A DNA stretch of 32,000 bases from Acinetobacter wanghuae (GTDB lineage Bacteria; Pseudomonadota; Gammaproteobacteria; Pseudomonadales; Moraxellaceae): assembly GCF_009557235.1 (NCBI RefSeq), contig NZ_CP045650.1, positions 2,430,001 through 2,462,000 of the forward strand. Direction: 5' to 3'. The notes beneath the pieces were generated by a model, which saw nothing but the letters and a program-made list of their open reading frames with translations, was not told the origin of the DNA and did not search any database. Made by a program: the position numbers and the translations under genes. Shown here piece after piece: positions 27,112 to 32,000 of this stretch (positions within the stretch are counted from its first letter, which is position 1; every line of letters starts with the position of its first letter).

Positions 27112-30100
27112 TTATTGTGGATCAGCTTGAGTGGTTTTTAACAGCGTTTGTAAGTTCGCGGCTTTTGGTTTCACCAACCAGAACTTACGACTGTAGAAAT
27201 CAAACTCGTTGCGGATTTTGTACGCCCAAGCACTACCTGTTTCTTGAATATGTTCATCTAAGATACGACCCAAGAACGATTTATGTTCTTCCATCGCTTC
27301 TGTCGAAATACGATTCAGCTCAATCAATTCATGGTTGTAATGATCGACAAAGTCATTATCTAAATCAAGTACATAAGCAAAACCGCCTGTCATACCTGCA
27401 CCGAAGTTATGTCCAACTTTACCGAGCACAGTCACAATACCACCGGTCATATATTCACAGCAATGGTCGCCTGCACCTTCAATCACCGCGAAAGCACCTG
27501 AGTTACGTACTGCAAAACGTTCGCCTGCAGTTCCAGCAGCAAAGAGCTTACCGCCTGTTGCACCATACAAGCATGTGTTCCCAATAATTGCCGTATTTTG
27601 AGTTTGGAACGGTGAACCTTTTGGTGGGAAGATTGAAATTCTTCCGCCTGCCATACCTTTACCCACATAGTCATTGGCATCGCCTTCAAGTTTGATATGC
27701 AAACCACCTGCATTCCAAACCCCGAGCGACTGACCTGCTGTACCATTCAAATTCACTTTGACTGGATGGGCTTCCATGCTCAAGTTGCCATAACGACGTG
27801 CAATTTCACCTGAAAGGCGCGCACCAATTGAACGGTCACAGTTACCAATGCTGAAGTAGTATTCACCACCGGTGCCTTCTTCAATGGCAGGTAAAATTTC
27901 AGCCACCATTTTTTCAGCCAACACGCCTTTATCAAACGGTGCATTGCCTTCTACTTGGCAATACTGTGCTTTACCTTCCGCAGCAGGATGCGACTCAAGG
28001 AGTTTACTTAAATCTAAATGCCCATGCTTTTCAGTTTCACCCGGTAAAACTTCAAGTAAATCGGTACGACCAATCAAATCTTTTAAGCTTGATACACCAA
28101 GTGCTGCCAACCATTCACGGGTTTCTTCCGCAATAAAGGTGAAGAAGTTAATCAGCATTTGTGGCTCGCCAATGTAATGCTCTTGACGAAGATGATCTTG
28201 CTGCGTTGCGACACCAGTTGCACAGTTATTTAAGTGACAGATGCGTAGATATTTACAACCGAGTGCAATCATTGGCGTTGAGCCAAAGCCAAAGCTTTCA
28301 GCACCCAAAATCGCAGCTTTCACCACATCTAGACCCGTTTTCAAACCGCCATCGGTTTGTACACGGACTTTGCCACGCAAGTCATTCACACGAAGTGCTT
28401 GATGTGCTTCGCTTAAACCCAATTCCCACGGTGAACCCGCATGGTGAATTGAGGATAACGGAGATGCTGCTGTACCACCGTCATAACCTGAAATGGTAAT
28501 AAAGTCAGCATAGGCTTTTGCCACACCGGCAGCAATCGTCCCCACACCCGGTTCAGATACGAGTTTTACCGACACCATCGCTTGAGGATTGACTTGTTTT
28601 AAGTCAAAGATCAATTGTGATAAATCTTCAATCGAATAAATATCATGATGCGGTGGTGGTGAAATTAAAGTTACGCCCGGTACTGAGTAACGTAAACGTG
28701 CAATTAAGCCATTCACTTTACCACCTGGCAACTGACCACCTTCACCCGGTTTTGCACCTTGCGCGACTTTAATCTGCAATACTTCAGCAGAAGTTAAGTA
28801 CGCTGGTGTTACACCGAAACGACCCGATGCAATTTGTTTAATTTTCGAGTTACGAATCGTGCCGTAACGCGCAGGATCTTCGCCGCCCTCACCTGAATTT
28901 GAACGACCACCAATGGTGTTCATGGCAATTGCAATCGCTTCATGCGCTTCTGGTGACAATGCACCGAGAGACATACCCGCAGAGTCAAAACGTGGCAGAA
29001 TATCTTCTACAGATTCGACTTGCTCAACTGGAATTGAATTCTCAGTTTTAAGTTTAAATAGATCACGAATCGTCGCGATTGGACGGGTATTCACCAACTC
29101 TGCATATTCTTTAAAGTCAGCGTAGTTACCTGAACGCACGGCTTTGTGTAGCGAATTAATCACATCTGGGTTAAATGCGTGATATTCCTTACCGAACACA
29201 AATTTCAGCAAACCACCTTGATCAATCGGCTTACGATTTTTCCACGCAATATCTGCCAATTGTTTTTGATCATTTTCAAGATCTACAAAAGTTGCGCCTT
29301 GAATACGACTTGGTACACCTGCAAAACATGTATCAACCACTTCATTGGATAAACCAACAGCTTCGAAAAGCTGACCGCCACGATACGAAGCAACCGTTGA
29401 AATACCCATTTTTGATAAGACTTTGAGTAAGCCTTTTTCAATGCCTTTACGGAAATTATTTTGGGCATAAATTGGGTCACCCAATAACTCGCCTTTTGCG
29501 ATTAAATCATTAATCACATCATAGGCAAGATATGGATAGATTGCTGTTGCACCAAAGCCAAGTAAGACCGCAAATTGATGCGCATCGCGGGCAAAGCCTG
29601 TTTCAATCACTAAGTTTGCGTCGGTACGTAAACCTGCATTCATCAAATGATGATGAACTGCACCTGTCACCATAAAGGCATTGGCAGGCAAGTAACCTTC
29701 ACGAATTTTTTTATCAGACAGTACTAATAGAGTTTTGCCATCACGAATCGCTTGCGCGGATTCTTCACAAATACGTGTAATTGCGGCTTGCAGACCTTCA
29801 GTTTCCGCATAGTTCAGATCAATATCGGCAATTTCATAACCCGCCCGACCCAAAGTACGAATCTGATGCATTTTTGAATTAGACAAGACTGGGCTAGAAA
29901 CAATTAAGCGATCTGCGTGTTCAGGACCTTGTTCAAACACATTCTGTTCACGACCAAAACAGGTTTCCAACGACATCACAATCGATTCACGTAATGGATC
30001 GATCGGTGGATTGGTTACCTGTGCAAACTGCTGACGGAAGTAATCGGATACATGACGTACTTGACGAGATAACACCGCCATTGGCGTATCATCCCCCATT

Positions 30101-31593
30101 GAACCAACCGCTTCTTGACCACTTTCAGCAATGGGGCGTAACAATTGATCACGCTCTTCAAAGGTAACCATGAACATTTTTTGTGCCGCTTTCAAGGCGT
30201 CATTTTTTAAGCCTTGATCACATAAATATTCTTCAAGTTCTGGGCTACCTTGAACGCGCACAGAGTTCTCACGTAACCATTGACGATATGGACGCATGCG
30301 TTTGAGATGATTGCTCACATCACTGGTATCGAGTACTTTTCCAGTTTGCGTATCGACAACAAGGATCTGACCCGGACCGACACGACCTTTAGAAACGACA
30401 TCTTCAGGTTCATAGCCCCAAACACCAATTTCAGATGCGAGGGTGATGTAACCATTTTTGGTAATCACCCAGCGCGCAGGACGTAAACCATTACGATCGA
30501 GCATACAAATGGCATGTCGACCATCTTGAATCACAAGTCCAGCAGGACCATCCCACGCTTCCATATGCTTAGAGTTAAATTCGTAGAATGCACGTAAATC
30601 TGCATCTAAAGTTTCGACATTTTGCCATGCAGGTGGCACGAGCATACGCAGTGCACGGAATAAATCCATGCCACCACCGACCAAAATCTCAAGCATATTG
30701 TCTAAGCTCGATGAATCCGAACCGGTACGGTTGACGATTGGATTCAGCTCAGTTAAACCTGGCAATAATGGGTTTTCAAATTTTGGTGTACGTGCGACTG
30801 CCCAATTACGGTTTGCTGTAATGGTATTGATTTCACCATTGTGCGCGACATAGCGGAATGGTTGCGCTAAAGGCCAACGCGGCAAAGTATTGGTCGAGAA
30901 ACGTTGATGGAACACGACAATATGCGATTCTAAACGCTCATCCGCCAGATCTGTATAGAAGTCAGCAATGGCTGCTGGCATCATCAAACCTTTATAGCTA
31001 ATCACTGTTGAACATAAAGTGGTGACATAAAAAGAAGCATCATTCACCAATAATTGTTCTGCACGACGGCGTGCCATGAACAACTTACGGTTAAATTCAA
31101 CTTCAGTCACCCCAATTGGGCAATTCACAATAATTTGTTCAAATGCAGGTAAAGATTGCATCGCGATTGAACCCAATGCATCGTTATTGGTTGGCACGAC
31201 ACGCCAAGCAATAACTTTACAGCCTTCCGCTTCAATTTCTTTCGCAAGTACTTGCTTTGCATGTGCTGCAACAGCAGGATCTAAACTTAAAAATACCGTA
31301 CCGACAGCAAATACTTCACTGAGGGTAATATCACTCAGTCGTTTCGCTTCTTCACGGAAAAATGCTTTTGGCATCGCCAATAAAAGACCACAACCATCTC
31401 CGGTTTTGCCATCTGCGGCAATACCACCACGGTGGGTCATACAACTTAAACTATGAATCGCGGTCTTGACCAAGTGATGGCTTGCATCACCTTGCATGTG
31501 GGCAATTAAGCCAAAACCACAGTTATCTTTAAACTCATCGGGTTGATATAAACCTTGAGTGGGAGCTACATTGTTCGGCGATGGCATGTGCAT
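27112..31593 (-). CDS. gltB: Glutamate synthase (NADPH) large subunit
   Basis: 1493 aa. Ntn-amidotransferase N-terminus ...[16 protein letters not shown]/3Fe-4S central domain, C-terminal GXGXG repeat domain. The start is at 31593 or 31587. Confidence 0.95.
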   Translation of the reverse strand: MHMPSPNNVAPTQGLYQPDEFKDNCGFGLIAHMQGDASHHLVKTAIHSLSCMTHRGGIAADGKTGDGCGLLLAMPKAFFREEAKRLSDITLSEVFAVGTVFLSLDPAVAAHAKQVLAKEIEAEGCKVIAWRVVPTNNDALGSIAMQSLPAFEQIIVNCPIGVTEVEFNRKLFMARRRAEQLLVNDASFYVTTLCSTVISYKGLMMPAAIADFYTDLADERLESHIVVFHQRFSTNTLPRWPLAQPFRYVAHNGEINTITANRNWAVARTPKFENPLLPGLTELNPIVNRTGSDSSSLDNMLEILVGGGMDLFRALRMLVPPAWQNVETLDADLRAFYEFNSKHMEAWDGPAGLVIQDGRHAICMLDRNGLRPARWVITKNGYITLASEIGVWGYEPEDVVSKGRVGPGQILVVDTQTGKVLDTSDVSNHLKRMRPYRQWLRENSVRVQGSPELEEYLCDQGLKNDALKAAQKMFMVTFEERDQLLRPIAESGQEAVGSMGDDTPMAVLSRQVRHVSDYFRQQFAQVTNPPIDPLRESIVMSLETCFGREQNVFEQGPEHADRLIVSSPVLSNSKMHQIRTLGRAGYEIADIDLNYAETEGLQAAITRICEESAQAIRDGKTLLVLSDKKIREGYLPANAFMVTGAVHHHLMNAGLRTDANLVIETGFARDAHQFAVLLGFGATAIYPYLAYDVINDLIAKGELLGDPIYAQNNFRKGIEKGLLKVLSKMGISTVASYRGGQLFEAVGLSNEVVDTCFAGVPSRIQGATFVDLENDQKQLADIAWKNRKPIDQGGLLKFVFGKEYHAFNPDVINSLHKAVRSGNYADFKEYAELVNTRPIATIRDLFKLKTENSIPVEQVESVEDILPRFDSAGMSLGALSPEAHEAIAIAMNTIGGRSNSGEGGEDPARYGTIRNSKIKQIASGRFGVTPAYLTSAEVLQIKVAQGAKPGEGGQLPGGKVNGLIARLRYSVPGVTLISPPPHHDIYSIEDLSQLIFDLKQVNPQAMVSVKLVSEPGVGTIAAGVAKAYADFITISGYDGGTAASPLSSIHHAGSPWELGLSEAHQALRVNDLRGKVRVQTDGGLKTGLDVVKAAILGAESFGFGSTPMIALGCKYLRICHLNNCATGVATQQDHLRQEHYIGEPQMLINFFTFIAEETREWLAALGVSSLKDLIGRTDLLEVLPGETEKHGHLDLSKLLESHPAAEGKAQYCQVEGNAPFDKGVLAEKMVAEILPAIEEGTGGEYYFSIGNCDRSIGARLSGEIARRYGNLSMEAHPVKVNLNGTAGQSLGVWNAGGLHIKLEGDANDYVGKGMAGGRISIFPPKGSPFQTQNTAIIGNTCLYGATGGKLFAAGTAGERFAVRNSGAFAVIEGAGDHCCEYMTGGIVTVLGKVGHNFGAGMTGGFAYVLDLDNDFVDHYNHELIELNRISTEAMEEHKSFLGRILDEHIQETGSAWAYKIRNEFDFYSRKFWLVKPKAANLQTLLKTTQADPQ

Positions 31594-31867
31594 AGCGTAC
31601 CCTTCTTTTTACAAAGCCCTAAAGGGCAATAAAACAATAGAAATTTTTCTTTGAAATGGTGTGTACAGTGACTCGCAGGAATTCTCAACGAGCAAAAATC
31701 ATCATGATGGTATTTGACCGAGCTGTTGCAGTTTAAATCGCATAATTATTCAACCTTATTTTGATTGGTTTATACGCAGTATACTCAACAAAACAGACAA
31801 TTCACCCCCAATATTGAATGATTTTTGCGCCAAAATAGGGAGATTCATTCATTTCATGCACCAATAA

Positions 31868-31883
31868 AGCAAATTTTGTGCCA
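31868..31883 (-). promoter_or_regulatory. Sigma54 (RpoN) -24/-12 core promoter facing gltB
   Basis: The minus strand reads TGGCACaaaatTTGCT, an exact match to TGGCAC-N5-TTGCW. It lies about 275 nt upstream of the gltB ATG, and the ORF track shows no ORF in between. Confidence 0.5.
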
Positions 31884-31967
31884 ACTTAAGCACTATTATT
31901 TATAGGGCTTGCTAGCCCATGCATTTGTGATGCTCAATATTATTATTCTTCATCTTTGATAGAAAAT

Positions 31968-31984
31968 TGCACCAAATAGGCACA
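31968..31984. promoter_or_regulatory. NtrC-like enhancer half-palindrome upstream of the gltB sigma54 promoter
   Basis: TGCACCA-aat-AGGCACA against the enteric NtrC consensus TGCACCA-N3-TGGTGCA: one half is perfect and the other matches 4/7. It lies about 90-100 bp upstream of the -24 element. The window ends 16 nt later. Confidence 0.3.
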
Positions 31985-32000
31985 CTTATTTTTTAAGCAA

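Noticed and set aside
31702-31743. A 13-codon minus-strand uORF (MRFKLQQLGQIPS) in the gltB leader, considered as a possible leader peptide.
   Set aside because: It has a weak, badly spaced RBS, no run of regulatory codons, and no attached terminator or antiterminator structure.

Overview
The window has chromosomal, Acinetobacter-type (Moraxellaceae) synteny and is almost entirely coding, with about 30 genes. I saw no tRNA, rRNA, CRISPR, IS or prophage signatures. From left to right it contains: (1) the 3' part of a family-I lipase; (2) the rpsP-rimM-trmD-rplS operon (minus strand); (3) a seven-gene type IV pilus minor-pilin/PilY1 operon, fimU-pilV-pilW-pilX-pilY1 plus two pilE-like genes (minus strand; positionally the comB/comC/comE/comF competence-pilus region of A. 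baylyi); (4) ispH; (5) gmk-rpoZ, then spoT-ridA; (6) a Fur-box-controlled bfd, then bfr; (7) a pilin island on the minus strand; (8) a LemA-TPM-TPM operon of unknown function; (9) a PF10118-like metal-dependent hydrolase; (10) gltBD. The pilin island is the best candidate for something undescribed. It consists of a sigma54-type promoter, pilA, a very AT-rich full-length PglL-type O-oligosaccharyltransferase, a 243-aa polytopic membrane protein (tentatively TfpX/TfpZ-like), and a second PglL-type oligosaccharyltransferase. The pilin lacks the C-terminal Ser used by TfpO-class enzymes. Secondary points, all read directly from the translations or the DNA: the LemA/TPM/TPM transmembrane module with a Gly-rich tail; a SpoT with a degenerate synthetase domain; a Bfr subunit that keeps the haem ligand Met52 but has lost 4 of 6 ferroxidase ligands; a perfect sigma54 core promoter plus an NtrC-like site about 270 nt upstream of gltB; and a PilY1 with a split vWA/MIDAS domain and a DxNxDxxxD calcium site. 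All family assignments rest on motif recognition by eye. No database search was possible.
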